Shown: positions 1 to 10,425, counted from the stretch's first letter. The stretch is DNA of 64,000 nucleotides from an uncultured Dehalococcoidales bacterium (GCA_964472625.1 CAYYLM010000004.1:27422-91421), one strand, 5' to 3'. The notes: generated by a model from the sequence alone, not told the origin. Translations and numbers: made by a program.

Positions 1-1477
1 CGGCTTCGGCACAAGCAATAGCATTACATCCAGTCGTAAGTACCATTACATCGTTCTTTATTAGCTCCTTAACCATAGTAATATGACTCTCATTGTGCTT
101 AACCCGAGCATTATTGCAGCCGACGACTCCGGCTACACCCCTAATTCGACCGTTGATGATATTCTCATTTAGCGGCCGGTAGGAAGCACGGAACATACCG
201 CCCAAGAGGTAGTTAATAGTTTCATGGCTAAATCCAGCAATTTGGTTAATCTGCTCACCAGGAATATTGATATTCCCCTTCCGATTAGGAAAGTTTTCGA
301 TAGCCGTCTTAACTATTTCCCGAGCCGACTTCAGGGCATCGTGCTCATCAAACTCAATATGAACAGCTCCGGGTATCTTAGCCTTGGGTGAGGTAGTGAT
401 AATCTTGGTGTGGTAGCACTCGGCTACCGTAGCTATGGATTGGAAAATACACTGGACATCTACTACCATGGCATCCACCGCCCCAGTTACTATAGCCAGC
501 TCCTGCTGCAAGAAATTCCCGGCTATGCCTACCCCGTGGCGCATTAGTATCTCGTTGGCAGTGCAGCACATACCGGCCAGGTTTATGCCCTTGGCCCCTT
601 TGGACTTGGCTAGCTCTATCATCTCCGGCTCTTGAGCAACGGCTACAATCATCTCGGAGAGCAGGGGTTCGTGACCATGAATTATAAGGTTTACTTCGTC
701 TTCCCTGAGCACCCCTAAGCTTGCCTTGCCTAGAATGGGTGCCGGGGTACCAAACAGGATATCCTGTAATTCAGTAGCAATCATGCTACCCCCCCAGCCA
801 TCGGCTATAGATGCCCTCACCCCCTGCTTGAGCAGGTTCTGGTAGTCTTGGTCAACCCCAATATGGGTGCGATGCATTATTTCCACAACCTCTCTATCTA
901 TGCCTCGGGGAGCAACACCCTGCTTCCGCCACAGTTCCTGGCGCTTTAATGGTGCCTTCCTCAGGGTTATAAGTTCGCCCTCCTGCCTGCCGAATTCAGC
1001 CAGGGCTATATTTCCAATATCAGCGGCTATTTCGTTATTACTACGGTCTCCGATCTTGACACCCCAGTCCATAGCTAGCTGCAGCAGTTTCTGCTCATCC
1101 TTTATCTCGTAGCCCGGCGCCTTGCCCTTAGCTACTGCCAGGAAGAGCTCTGCCACCCCCCGGCCATGGTCGGAGTGGGCCGACGCCCCACCGGCTATCA
1201 TCCGGATAAAGTTACGGGCAGCAATAGTTTCCGCCGTTGCTCCACAAATACCCCTTCTCTTCAGCTTATCTTCCGGGGTTTCCTCCTTGCCTTTAGGCAG
1301 CGGCACCCGGCATGGTCCCATTCCGCAGTGCTTACAGCAACTACCTACGGAGCCTATAGGGCAAGGCTTCATTGTTTCAGCCCGATCAAAAGCAGTACTA
1401 ACTCCATCACTAGCCGCCTTGGCTATCATCTCAACAGTACCTGGATCAATACTCTTCTTAGCTTCTCCTTCAGTCAT
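1..1477 (-). CDS. cooS: Anaerobic Ni-Fe carbon monoxide dehydrogenase catalytic subunit (CooS/AcsA), first ~492 codons; the 3' end runs off the left edge of the window
   Basis: Absent from the ORF track because it has no stop codon in the window. Minus-strand translation from the ATG ending at 1477 gives MTEGEAKKSIDPGTVEMIAKAASDGVSTAFDRAETMKPCPIGSVGSCCKHCGMGPCRV, then HGHEPLLSEMIV and GINLAGMCCTANEILMRHG. These are cysteine/histidine patterns typical of CooS metal-cluster ligands. Confidence 0.85.
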   Translation of the reverse strand, partial: MTEGEAKKSIDPGTVEMIAKAASDGVSTAFDRAETMKPCPIGSVGSCCKHCGMGPCRVPLPKGKEETPEDKLKRRGICGATAETIAARNFIRMIAGGASAHSDHGRGVAELFLAVAKGKAPGYEIKDEQKLLQLAMDWGVKIGDRSNNEIAADIGNIALAEFGRQEGELITLRKAPLKRQELWRKQGVAPRGIDREVVEIMHRTHIGVDQDYQNLLKQGVRASIADGWGGSMIATELQDILFGTPAPILGKASLGVLREDEVNLIIHGHEPLLSEMIVAVAQEPEMIELAKSKGAKGINLAGMCCTANEILMRHGVGIAGNFLQQELAIVTGAVDAMVVDVQCIFQSIATVAECYHTKIITTSPKAKIPGAVHIEFDEHDALKSAREIVKTAIENFPNRKGNINIPGEQINQIAGFSHETINYLLGGMFRASYRPLNENIINGRIRGVAGVVGCNNARVKHNESHITMVKELIKNDVMVLTTGCNAIACAEA

Positions 1478-1520
1478 ACCACTACTCCCTACTTTCTAAT
1501 CAATAAATAATTCAAGTAAT

Positions 1521-2468
1521 TCAGGAAGCGGACAGCTCCGCTATCATCTCCCGAACCAACCTTATTGCCTCGGGGTGTCGCATAATCATCACATCCCCAC
1601 CTGCCAGAAGCAGTATCACAGCCGATATTGCCTCCATCAAGATACCCCTCTTTTTAGCATCACCCAGCGTGGGGTCTTCCTCAGTGGGGATATGGACCTC
1701 CTTCGTCTTCCACACCTCTTTAGCTACATTGCAGATAATGGGAAACTGGAGCTTATCATCCTGCTGGGTCAGCCCCGCCATCCTCATTCTCTCCATCACC
1801 GAGTAACAATACTCAATCCCATAGCCGATACCACTGACCGTAGGGTCAATTGTCAAAAGTTCATCAGCGACACCGAGATTACCGAGCAGAATATTAAGCT
1901 GCTTGGCTAGATTGATATCTATCGGGGAGGAGGCAACCACCGTATGCTGGTAGGCAATCGCCGAGGCACCAATCTTCTTATGGTCACCCTCCTCAACCGG
2001 CCCAAGTATCAGCCGCCTGTGCTGGCAGGCCTCAGCCACCTGCCTTAGTACCTCAGTATCCTTCTCATGATTGGCCGTCCCCCACACGATTAAGGGGACG
2101 GTGATGGCATCGGCCACCTTCTTGACAATCTGAGCCGCCTCTTCAGCCCCGCGGTCAAGACCATTGGGGTCAGTGCTCAGAAGCTGCAGGCAGATCATCT
2201 CCGCCCCGTAATCCTCGATACACTTTTTCGCCCAGACTACCGGGGCATCGGTTACCCCGCTGAAGGGCTCCAGAGCGGCTGGTGCCCACTCTTCAGGCGG
2301 GCAGTCATAGACCTCCATAGCGATTCTGGGAAGACGCGGCATCTCACCTTCCCAGAGGTAGAAAGGATAACAACTCTCGCCACCAACTGTAATTGCCTTA
2401 TCCCCTTCGCCCAGTTTTATTTCTTTAATTTGACCACTATATTGGGTTTTTGGAATCTCAAACGCCAT
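1521..2468 (-). CDS. acsD: Corrinoid iron-sulfur protein small subunit (AcsD/CdhD-like)
   Basis: The 315-aa ORF has the length and TIM-barrel-like sequence of CFeSP delta subunits (MAFEIPKTQYSGQIKEIKLG...). A GGTGGTGAG Shine-Dalgarno lies upstream. It sits between cooS and folD in a Wood-Ljungdahl context. Confidence 0.8.
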   Translation of the reverse strand: MAFEIPKTQYSGQIKEIKLGEGDKAITVGGESCYPFYLWEGEMPRLPRIAMEVYDCPPEEWAPAALEPFSGVTDAPVVWAKKCIEDYGAEMICLQLLSTDPNGLDRGAEEAAQIVKKVADAITVPLIVWGTANHEKDTEVLRQVAEACQHRRLILGPVEEGDHKKIGASAIAYQHTVVASSPIDINLAKQLNILLGNLGVADELLTIDPTVSGIGYGIEYCYSVMERMRMAGLTQQDDKLQFPIICNVAKEVWKTKEVHIPTEEDPTLGDAKKRGILMEAISAVILLLAGGDVMIMRHPEAIRLVREMIAELSAS

Positions 2469-2483
2469 TTCTCACCACCTTAC

Positions 2484-2720
2484 TCAGGCTGGATTTTTTC
2501 TCTTTTCACTGCCATACCAATCTTCACCATACCAATATCGCTCGCCAGTCTGTAAATATTTAAGCTTTTCTTCACGGTCCGCCAGTTTCTGTCTCCACTT
2601 CCCCAGCTCCTCCCCCTCAGGCTGACCCACCTCATAGGTTGCCCCCAACATCTCCACCTTCTCTCTATTGGGAGCAGCCGCTTCCTCAATCTGGTACTCG
2701 ATCTCTTTATCTTTCCCCAT
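2484..2720 (-). CDS. Hypothetical 78-aa highly charged, Trp/Tyr-rich protein
   Basis: The ORF fits tightly between the folD stop (2733) and the acsD start (2468). A strong AAGGGGGA Shine-Dalgarno lies 4-5 nt before the ATG at 2720. I recognise no family. Confidence 0.5.
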   Translation of the reverse strand: MGKDKEIEYQIEEAAAPNREKVEMLGATYEVGQPEGEELGKWRQKLADREEKLKYLQTGERYWYGEDWYGSEKRKNPA

Positions 2721-2732
2721 CTTTCCCCCTTT

Positions 2733-3620
2733 CTATTTCAAACCAGCCGCCAGCTTAGCCGCCTTTAAGGTATTTAGCATGAGCATGGTTATGGTCATTG
2801 GACCCACACCACCAGGCACCGGGGTAATCGCCCTGGCCTTTTCCTTAACCGCATCAAAGTCGACATCGCCAACCAGGATTCTCTTACCCTCTGCTGTCCT
2901 GCCGACCTCGTTCACGCCGACATCGATGACCACCACCCCTTCCCTGACCATGTCGGCGGTAACCGCCTTCGGCTTACCAGCAGCTACTATTATTATATCA
3001 GCCCGCTTGGTGTGAAGTGAAATATTTTGAGTCCGGGTATGGCACACGGTAACGGTAGCATTAGCCCCCTCCTGCTTTTGAAGGAGAATATTGGCTATTG
3101 GCTTACCGACGATGTTACTTCTGCCGACCACGACCACCTCGGCCCCCTCAATCTTGGTACCGGAGCGAATCAATAACTGCTGGATACCGGCGGGGGTACA
3201 GGGTAAATAATCAGGTTTCCCAATCATCAGCCTACCCAGATTCACCGGATGAAAGCCATCGACATCCTTCTTGGGATTAATGGCATAGAGGACTTCCTCC
3301 TCGTTCAGGTGCTTGGGCAGGGGTAGCTGAACCAGGATACCGTGAATCTTGGGGTCTTTATTGAGCTTGTCGATGAGTTTCATGAGCTCTGCCTGGGTGG
3401 TCTCCACCGGCAGGTCGTACCTCTCCGAGTAGATACCCAGCTCTTTCGAGGTTTTCTCCTTAGCGCCGACGTAGACCTGCGAGGCCGGGTCGGCACCAAC
3501 GAGGATGGTAACCAGGCCGGGCACGACGTTGTGCTTAGCCTTGAGGTCGGCAATCTCTTTTTTCAATTCTTCGCGAATCTGCGCGGCGACCTCAGCGCCT
3601 TTGATCAGTTGTGCTGTCAT
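2733..3620 (-). CDS. folD: Bifunctional 5,10-methylene-tetrahydrofolate dehydrogenase / methenyl-THF cyclohydrolase
   Basis: 295 aa. Contains PGLVTILVGADPASQVYV, GILVQLPLPKHL, a VVVVGRSNIVGKP Rossmann motif and PVPGGVGPMT. Confidence 0.95.
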   Translation of the reverse strand: MTAQLIKGAEVAAQIREELKKEIADLKAKHNVVPGLVTILVGADPASQVYVGAKEKTSKELGIYSERYDLPVETTQAELMKLIDKLNKDPKIHGILVQLPLPKHLNEEEVLYAINPKKDVDGFHPVNLGRLMIGKPDYLPCTPAGIQQLLIRSGTKIEGAEVVVVGRSNIVGKPIANILLQKQEGANATVTVCHTRTQNISLHTKRADIIIVAAGKPKAVTADMVREGVVVIDVGVNEVGRTAEGKRILVGDVDFDAVKEKARAITPVPGGVGPMTITMLMLNTLKAAKLAAGLK

Positions 3621-3700
3621 TTTCGCCTCCCTTACATCCTTATTCTAGCCCCAGGGCATCTCCGAGGCCTTAAATCTCTCCTCTGTATCGTGACCCAGTC

Positions 3701-4453
3701 TTAATTAAGAAGCCTAGCCATTAAATCATTAACCGCCCCGACTGCTGGGGAGCTATCGGGTAGGTCAAGTAAAGACTTTAGTTCAAGGTCATACTGGTAG
3801 ACTTCATCGTCTAAAGGTATCCTAGCCGCCGGCTCAATCCTCAGTCGGGACAGCTCCCCTATAACGAACGGAGCTAGCTCAGGGGGAGCAAAATTAATTA
3901 TCACCGAGCGCCTCTTTACCTGCAGCCCAAGCTCGGCGACTAACTCGGCTATCTGAGCCACCGCCCGCACCCCCTTCACCGAGTGGTTAGACACCATCAA
4001 TAGTTCATCAACATTCTGCGTGGTGCGCCGCGACAGGTGCTCCAGCCCAGCCTCATTATCCATAACCAGGTAAGCGTAGTTATCAGCCAGCCGGTCAATA
4101 ACCTTCCTCAGGATAAGGTTAGGATAGCAGTAGCACTCCGGCCCCTCACCCCGACCCATCGCCACCAGGTCCAGTCTCTGACTCTCAACTAAAGCCTGAT
4201 TCAGTCTATACTCCAGATAGTTCTCCTTGGTCATGCCGGGAGGGATGTTTATCTTCTCCTCATTGAAGGCAGCGATTATGGAGCCAACGGTCTCTTTAAC
4301 ACTCAAACCCAGGCTCTCACCCAGGTTGGCGTTAGGGTCAGCATCAACCGCCAGGATTGGCCCGGTGCTATTCTGCATCAGGTAACGAATGACTAAGCTG
4401 GCCACTGTAGTTTTCCCGCTGCCACCCTTGCCGGCTACCGCAATAGAAACCAT
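3701..4453 (-). CDS. cooC: CooC/AcsF-type Ni-insertion ATPase for CODH/ACS maturation
   Basis: 250 aa. Has the deviant Walker A GKGGSGKTT and a CYCYP metal-binding Cys-x-Cys motif (MinD/CooC family). Its start overlaps the stop of the upstream gene. Confidence 0.8.
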   Translation of the reverse strand: MVSIAVAGKGGSGKTTVASLVIRYLMQNSTGPILAVDADPNANLGESLGLSVKETVGSIIAAFNEEKINIPPGMTKENYLEYRLNQALVESQRLDLVAMGRGEGPECYCYPNLILRKVIDRLADNYAYLVMDNEAGLEHLSRRTTQNVDELLMVSNHSVKGVRAVAQIAELVAELGLQVKRRSVIINFAPPELAPFVIGELSRLRIEPAARIPLDDEVYQYDLELKSLLDLPDSSPAVGAVNDLMARLLN

Positions 4454-6399
4454 CAGCCAGCCAGCCTCCTAGCCACCGAAGGGAACTCCTCGGTGTGGGT
4501 ATGAGGCAGGAACAGCGCCGCCACATAATTATTCATAAAATCGGCCCGTTCGCTAAGCTCCAGGTTGGTCATCATCATGGCCACCTTTCGGGCATCATCG
4601 AGCAGATCAGTAGAGAAGGAGGTCAATCTGGCTCCAGTGAGCGAGCCGTTACCAACAAAGATGAATCTATCCTGAGGTATATCAGGCAATAGACCAATGG
4701 TAATACTTTTTTCGATGTCAATATGACTACCAAAGGCGCCAGCGATGATTACCTGCTCCAGATCAGATAACTTGAAACCTACGCTCTTGGTCAGCGTCTG
4801 GCAGCCGGCATACATGGCTGCCTTAGCCCGGATAAGATTGTCAATGTCCACCTCGGTAATGACGATATCCTGGCCCGTCTCGGTTTCACCTGCCCTGGCA
4901 AGAACGTACTCATAGCCATCACCGCCTTTTCTAATCCGGCTGGTTTTAAGGTCAGCGTTGAACTTGCCGTTCTGGCCGATGACCCCCGCCTCCAGCAGCC
5001 CGGCGATAGTGTTTATCAGCCCTGAGCCGCAGATTCCCCTCGGTTTTTCCCCACCGATAGTGTGCAGGCTCGGCTCTAGAGTTTTCGGGTCAATGTCAAA
5101 GTCCTGAATCGCCCCCTTAGTAGCAATCATGCCGTGCTTAATGCCGCCACCCTCAAAGGCGGGGCCCGCCGAACAAGATGCGGTTACCATCCAGTCTGCG
5201 TTACCCACCACTACCTCACCGTTGGTACCAATATCCATATACAGGGTTAGCTTCTTCCTCTGGTGCAAGCCAACCCCAACCACCCCGGAAACGATATCGC
5301 CGCCAACATAACTGGCTACTGAAGGAAAGGTGAAGAGATAGACGTGTTTTCCTACCCGGATACCCAGAGAACGTGCCTTTATCGGGGGAATGAAGCTAGC
5401 CACCGGCGTGTAGGGGGCTAGCCTCAGGTATTTAGGATCAAGCCCGAGGAGAATATGAGCCATGGTGGGATTACCGGCCACAATCATATGCCCAATATGC
5501 TTAATCTCAACCTGACTCTGGCTCACCAGTTCATCGATAATCTGGTTAATCGTGGTTACCACAGCCTGCTGCAATTTCTTAAGACCACCTGGCGTCTGGG
5601 AGTAGCCGATGCGGGTAATAACATCAGCCCCGTAGCTTATCTGTCCGTTATATGCCATACCCTCGGCGAGGATCCGGCCCCGGTTCAGGTCAAGCAGTTG
5701 ACCACTAACCGTAGTCGTGCCAATATCAAAGGCCAGGGAATAGTGCTTCTGGGCGGTATTGCCCACCTCGACCTTTATTACCGTCGGCTTACGCTTGTCG
5801 GCTTTAGTCTTGACCGCCTTGACCAGGGTGCTAACCGTAACCTGCCCACCCTTTTTGCGCAGGACTTGTGGCAGGTTCCCGACCACGTCGAAGTCCACCG
5901 AAACGTTACTGACATTGCAGCGCCGCTTTAGGCCTCGCAGTAGTCGTGATAGATCACTAACGTTATTTCTTATGGTTGGCGGCGTTAGCTCAACATAACA
6001 TTTACTCAAGGGCGGATTGAAACCCCACCCCGTAGCGACTAGCTCGGCAGCTTTAGCCTCAGCTGTGGCCATCTTCATCTCCCGGCTGAGAACCGCCGTC
6101 TCCAGCCGTGATTCTACCGGAATATCAACCACTAGGTCACTGAGTACCCGGCTCTGACAAGCCAGCCGGTAGCCCTGCTGGTATTCTTCGGCAGAAAGCT
6201 TATCACTACGGGTACTTTCTACCTCTCCCTTCCTAATCAGAACCTTGCAGGTGCCACAGACACCGTTACCCCCACAGGCAGCGTTAATATGCACTCCCGC
6301 AGAGAGCGCCGCCTTAAGCAGACTCCAACCTTCCGGTACGTTAATATCAACATTATCCGGGCTGAAGTGAACCCTCAGCTTCCTCTTTACGTTCGCCAT
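4453..6399 (-). CDS. Reductive activator of the corrinoid Fe-S protein (RACo/AcsV-like): 2Fe-2S ferredoxin domain plus ASKHA ATPase domain
   Basis: 648 aa. The N-terminus carries a plant-type ferredoxin motif (ACGGNGVCGTCKV ... LACQ). It is followed by an actin-fold ATPase-like region (FDIGTTTV, MDIGTNGE). The size matches RACo proteins and the gene lies in the WL cluster. Confidence 0.8.
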   Translation of the reverse strand: MANVKRKLRVHFSPDNVDINVPEGWSLLKAALSAGVHINAACGGNGVCGTCKVLIRKGEVESTRSDKLSAEEYQQGYRLACQSRVLSDLVVDIPVESRLETAVLSREMKMATAEAKAAELVATGWGFNPPLSKCYVELTPPTIRNNVSDLSRLLRGLKRRCNVSNVSVDFDVVGNLPQVLRKKGGQVTVSTLVKAVKTKADKRKPTVIKVEVGNTAQKHYSLAFDIGTTTVSGQLLDLNRGRILAEGMAYNGQISYGADVITRIGYSQTPGGLKKLQQAVVTTINQIIDELVSQSQVEIKHIGHMIVAGNPTMAHILLGLDPKYLRLAPYTPVASFIPPIKARSLGIRVGKHVYLFTFPSVASYVGGDIVSGVVGVGLHQRKKLTLYMDIGTNGEVVVGNADWMVTASCSAGPAFEGGGIKHGMIATKGAIQDFDIDPKTLEPSLHTIGGEKPRGICGSGLINTIAGLLEAGVIGQNGKFNADLKTSRIRKGGDGYEYVLARAGETETGQDIVITEVDIDNLIRAKAAMYAGCQTLTKSVGFKLSDLEQVIIAGAFGSHIDIEKSITIGLLPDIPQDRFIFVGNGSLTGARLTSFSTDLLDDARKVAMMMTNLELSERADFMNNYVAALFLPHTHTEEFPSVARRLAG

Positions 6400-6433
6400 C
6401 TACATCCAATTTCCACAAACGATGAAAGTTTTG

Positions 6434-8197
6434 CTAGAAGAGCCCGGTGACCTTTCCCGTGTTGACATCGACATCAACCCTTCTAAAAGCCGGATCGGAA
6501 GAGGTTCCCGGCATCAGGCTGATGGCGCCAGCGCAGGGACAGAGGAACTTGGCTCCAGAATAGATTAAGACATCGCGGATGGGTAGCGCCCACCCCTTGG
6601 GGACACCCTTGAGCGCCGGCTCATGAGTCAGGCTGAGGTGCGTCTTCACCATCATGGTAGCGTAGTCGTCATACTTAGAGTCAGCCTCAAACATCTTGGC
6701 TTTAGCCTCAGCCTCAGGGCTCCAGGACACGCCATCAGCGCCGTAGACTACCTGGGCAATCTTGCCCACCCTCTCCCTCAACTTCATATCCAAGGGATAG
6801 AGAAACCGGAACTCATTCTCATCCTGACAGGCTTCCTTTACGGCATCAGCCAGTTCCAGGGCACCGTCACCGCCATCGGCCCAGTGAGTGGACACAGCAC
6901 AACGAGCCCCGGCTGCCTCAGCCGCCTTCCTAACCATAGCGACTTCACCCTTGGTATCGGTATGGAAGCTGTTGATACACACCACTGGGTTGATGCCAGA
7001 CGTGCGGATGGTGTTGATATGGTGCAGCATATTGGGGAGACCCTTCTCCAAGAGTCCGAGATCCTCTTTAGTGTAGGCATCAGGCAGAGGTAAGCCAGCG
7101 ACTACCTTGGGCCCACCACCATGCATCTTCAGAGCCCGAATGGTGGTCGTAAGCACCGAGACATGCGGCTTTAAGCCACTCAAGCGGCTCTTAACATTCC
7201 AGAACTTCTCAAAGCCGATGTCAGCGGCAAAGCCACTCTCAGTAACGTGGTAATCAAATAGCTTTAAGCCAACCCGGTCGCCAATAATGGAGGACTGACC
7301 GACGGCGATATTGGCAAAGGGGCCGGCATGCACCATACAGGGCTGATATTCCACCGTGCAGGACAGGGTGGGATTGATGGTATTACGCATCCAAGCGGTC
7401 ATGGCACCCCCCACCTCCAGGTCGCCGGTGGTAATTGGGTTACCCTTTTTATCGAAGGCAACCGTAATCTTATCCATTCTCTCCCTGAGGTCCGCCAGGT
7501 CTCTCACGATGGACAACATGGCCATAAGCTCCGAGCTCACCGTGATACCGAACTTGGACTGCATCATATAGCCGTTCATGCGACCGCCGAGACCGATGAT
7601 GATTTCGCGGAGACTCTGGGCGCAGAAATCTATTACCCAGCCCATCTCCACGCGGGTCGGGTCAACATCCAGGCGGCGCATACCGGTACGCCTGGCTAGC
7701 TGCTCATCGTCGTAGTTACGCTCGTGCTGCATCCGGGCGGTAAGAGCAACCATCGCCAGATTATGGGCATTGGTAATATCGTTAATGTCCCCGGTAAGAC
7801 CCATGGAGAACTCGGTCATGGGAATAAGCAGGGCGTTACCGCCACCAGCGGCGGTGCCCTTGATATTCATGGTGGGACCCCCTGAAGGCTGACGAATACA
7901 GCCGCCAACATTAAGCCCCCGCTTGCCCATCCCCTCCAGGATACCCATGGTGGTCGTCGTTTTCCCCTCACCAAGTGGTGTCGGCGTTATCGCCGTCACC
8001 TCAACATACTTGCCATCCGGTTTAGCCTTGAGGCGCTCGATAATCTTCAGGAAATCTAGTCGGCATATCCTCCCAAAGGGGATTATCTCGTCCTTCTCCA
8101 AGTTCAACTTCTCACGCCACTCATCCGGGGTAGGCATGTTAGCTTCAGCTGCCTCGGCAATCTGCCAGTCCTTCAACTTTACCGCATCGTAAGCCAC
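6434..8197 (-). CDS. fhs: Formate--tetrahydrofolate ligase
   Basis: 587 aa. Contains the P-loop-like [13 protein letters not shown] and conserved FANIAVG and HGGG regions. GTG start preceded by AAAGGAGG. Confidence 0.95.
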   Translation of the reverse strand: MAYDAVKLKDWQIAEAAEANMPTPDEWREKLNLEKDEIIPFGRICRLDFLKIIERLKAKPDGKYVEVTAITPTPLGEGKTTTTMGILEGMGKRGLNVGGCIRQPSGGPTMNIKGTAAGGGNALLIPMTEFSMGLTGDINDITNAHNLAMVALTARMQHERNYDDEQLARRTGMRRLDVDPTRVEMGWVIDFCAQSLREIIIGLGGRMNGYMMQSKFGITVSSELMAMLSIVRDLADLRERMDKITVAFDKKGNPITTGDLEVGGAMTAWMRNTINPTLSCTVEYQPCMVHAGPFANIAVGQSSIIGDRVGLKLFDYHVTESGFAADIGFEKFWNVKSRLSGLKPHVSVLTTTIRALKMHGGGPKVVAGLPLPDAYTKEDLGLLEKGLPNMLHHINTIRTSGINPVVCINSFHTDTKGEVAMVRKAAEAAGARCAVSTHWADGGDGALELADAVKEACQDENEFRFLYPLDMKLRERVGKIAQVVYGADGVSWSPEAEAKAKMFEADSKYDDYATMMVKTHLSLTHEPALKGVPKGWALPIRDVLIYSGAKFLCPCAGAISLMPGTSSDPAFRRVDVDVNTGKVTGLF

Positions 8198-8367
8198 TGG
8201 TACCTCCTTTTCACTTTTGTGTTATTTAGGAAATGCTCTATTTAGCCTAGTAAATTCACAGTAAGACTCTCTCCTACCAGTTTTTGCCTAAAACGGCTTC
8301 TACTCGGCTTTCTAACGCGCCAAGCCGATGATAATAAATAGGGGGCAACTAGCTTATCCACTTTATC

Positions 8368-9180
8368 TCAATGCCCGGATTTAACCTTGTCATGCCACAG
8401 CGTTCCCTTAGTGCCAGTAGCCACTAGCGCCTGATAGATATCTCCTACCGCCTCGCTGACCTTGGGACTGGCATCGAGAAGCGGCCGACCCGCCATATCG
8501 GCATCAACTATGGCTTGATCGTAAGGAACAAAGCCGAGGAACTCGAAGCCAGCCAGGCTGGAAATTAGGAATTCCTTGTCCTCTGGGCTACGAACCTTGT
8601 TTCCGACTGCGGCGATATTCTCAAGACCGATATCCTTAGCCAGTTTACTTACCCGGTAAGCCGAGTCGACGCTGCGCCGGCCCGGTTCCACGACGATAAG
8701 CAGCTTATCCACCGCCCTAGCGGTGGCTCTCCCCAGGTGTTCAATCCCCGCCTCCATATCCAGAATAACGACTTCATCTCTGGCGAGCAGTAGATGGCTA
8801 ACCAAGGCACGCAGTAAGGTATTCTCCGGACAGTAACAGCCACTGCCGCCCTTCTTCAGCCGACCCATCATCATTAGCTTAATGCCACGGTGCTGCTGGG
8901 AATACTCTTCAGGCAGGTCATCAACCTTGGGGTTCAATTTGAAGAAGCCGCCACTTTCACCCGGCTTGGCGCCGGTCCTTTCTTCAATAAGGGAACTCAT
9001 TTCAGATATGGGGACTATCTGCTCAGAATGGGGAAAACCCAGGGTAGCCGCCAGATTACCGTCAGGGTCAGCATCGATAGCTATTACCGAGTAACCAGAC
9101 TCCGTAAATACCTTGGAAAGCAGGGCCGTCAGCAAGGTCTTGCCAACTCCCCCTTTACCACCAATCGCAATCTTCATCAC
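8368..9180 (-). CDS. cooC: CooC-type CODH nickel-insertion accessory ATPase (second paralog)
   Basis: 270 aa. Contains GGKGGVGKT and the GSGCYCPEN Cys-x-Cys nickel motif. Confidence 0.85.
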   Translation of the reverse strand: MMKIAIGGKGGVGKTLLTALLSKVFTESGYSVIAIDADPDGNLAATLGFPHSEQIVPISEMSSLIEERTGAKPGESGGFFKLNPKVDDLPEEYSQQHRGIKLMMMGRLKKGGSGCYCPENTLLRALVSHLLLARDEVVILDMEAGIEHLGRATARAVDKLLIVVEPGRRSVDSAYRVSKLAKDIGLENIAAVGNKVRSPEDKEFLISSLAGFEFLGFVPYDQAIVDADMAGRPLLDASPKVSEAVGDIYQALVATGTKGTLWHDKVKSGH

Positions 9181-9382
9181 CTACTGAAACCCTCTTGGGC
9201 ATTAACTAGTACTGGGATTTATGAGGGAAAGCACACAGTCTAGTAAAACTAGCTACCGCTGGTATCCGTATAAGCACTTCAGCCTAAGCATTTTAGCCTA
9301 GAATCGGTAGAAAAGTCAACTACGACGCTCGCCACATTATATCGGGTGATAAAGGTGCCAGTATATTTTGGCCTATTATCCT

Positions 9383-10309
9383 CTAAACCATCCTCTTAAC
9401 CCAAAAGGTAAGCCAAATGAAATGGACTATGGCGAAGACCGTGGCGACTGCCGCTGGTATCGCACCTCGAGGACTGAATATAGCCAAGGCAATGGCAGCC
9501 GCCATGCCGTAGTTTTTCCTGGTACTTAATAAGATAAGGCTCACCCGGTTAGGCTTATCTCTACCCAAGAACCTAGCCAAGCGGTCTACTAAGTAACCAA
9601 GGACAAAGGTGCTAACAAAGGCAATAAGCGCGACGGGCAGTAGCGTAGCCGGGTGCGCCAGAAAGGCATCCTGGTTCAAGCCTACAATGGTATAAACCAC
9701 CACGAAGAATCCCCAGTTAATAATACTACCTCGGTATTTCTCCAGCTTAGAAGCAACGCCAGTTCGCCTCAATAAGTGCGCGACGCCAAAGGGAATGGCA
9801 ATTAGCTCACCCAAGGTTATGAGTAGCCTCCCGGGCTGAATGAAGCTGGTACCCACAAATGCTATGGAAATGAGCGGGGTGATGAAGAGAGCGGCCAGAT
9901 ACGAAGCTACCGTGCCGATCAGTGAAAAATTAACATCACCATCTAGGCGGTAGGTAAAGGGTATCACCGCCACGGCCGGAGGCACTGATGCCAGGATTAC
10001 AAAACCGACCCACAGCTCATAATCCCGGATAAAGAGGGAGGCGAGCCCGATGAGAACGAGGGTCAGGACCGCGTAGTTTAACAGTAAGGAAATCAGAATA
10101 GGGCGCGAGACCACCTTGAAATCCAGGAACAGTTTAGGTGAGACCCCAGTAATAGAGAGGGTCATGATTAATGCCAGTAAGGGGGTTACCGTGGGGCTCA
10201 TCTGCGAGCCACCCTGGGGGAGAGCTAACCCGATGATGAAAGCCAGGGCAAGGATAAAGCCCATATTCCGGAAAAGGTGGCTAAAACGTTGCCTAGTTAC
10301 CATCACCAT
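9383..10309 (-). CDS. Polytopic membrane transporter, bile-acid:Na+ symporter (BASS/SBF)-like fold
   Basis: 308 aa with about 9-10 hydrophobic segments. Clear paralog of the ORF at 26522-27379 (shared LLLNY, ELW.GFV..A..PPA....PFTY.L.GD..FSLIG). Confidence 0.6.
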   Translation of the reverse strand: MVMVTRQRFSHLFRNMGFILALAFIIGLALPQGGSQMSPTVTPLLALIMTLSITGVSPKLFLDFKVVSRPILISLLLNYAVLTLVLIGLASLFIRDYELWVGFVILASVPPAVAVIPFTYRLDGDVNFSLIGTVASYLAALFITPLISIAFVGTSFIQPGRLLITLGELIAIPFGVAHLLRRTGVASKLEKYRGSIINWGFFVVVYTIVGLNQDAFLAHPATLLPVALIAFVSTFVLGYLVDRLARFLGRDKPNRVSLILLSTRKNYGMAAAIALAIFSPRGAIPAAVATVFAIVHFIWLTFWVKRMV

Positions 10310-10425
10310 CTCTTATCCATAGTTTCCGGACTCCACAAAGCCACTATAAAAGCCGCTAGGGCATTATACCTTCCCGAGGCGTTGATTCCAAGAAAACTAC
10401 CTTTTTCTGGGTTCTCCTCTTTGGC

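Noticed and set aside
378-1510. Track ORFs 378-569(-), 435-635(+), 867-1112(+), 1122-1499(+) and 1166-1510(+).
   Set aside because: All lie inside or antisense to the unambiguous partial cooS reading frame on the minus strand. Their translations are low-complexity (Ser/Pro/Ala-rich) with no start signals.
2480-2689. Alternative 69-aa minus-strand ORF overlapping the 78-aa ORF in another frame.
   Set aside because: It has no Shine-Dalgarno and is Arg/Trp-rich. The 2484-2720 frame has the strong SD and fits exactly between the neighbouring genes.
4495-8192. Numerous plus-strand ORFs (for example 5455-5931, 6623-7093, 7328-7699, 7923-8192) opposite the RACo and fhs genes.
   Set aside because: They are antisense shadows of strongly identified genes, typical of moderately GC-rich coding DNA.
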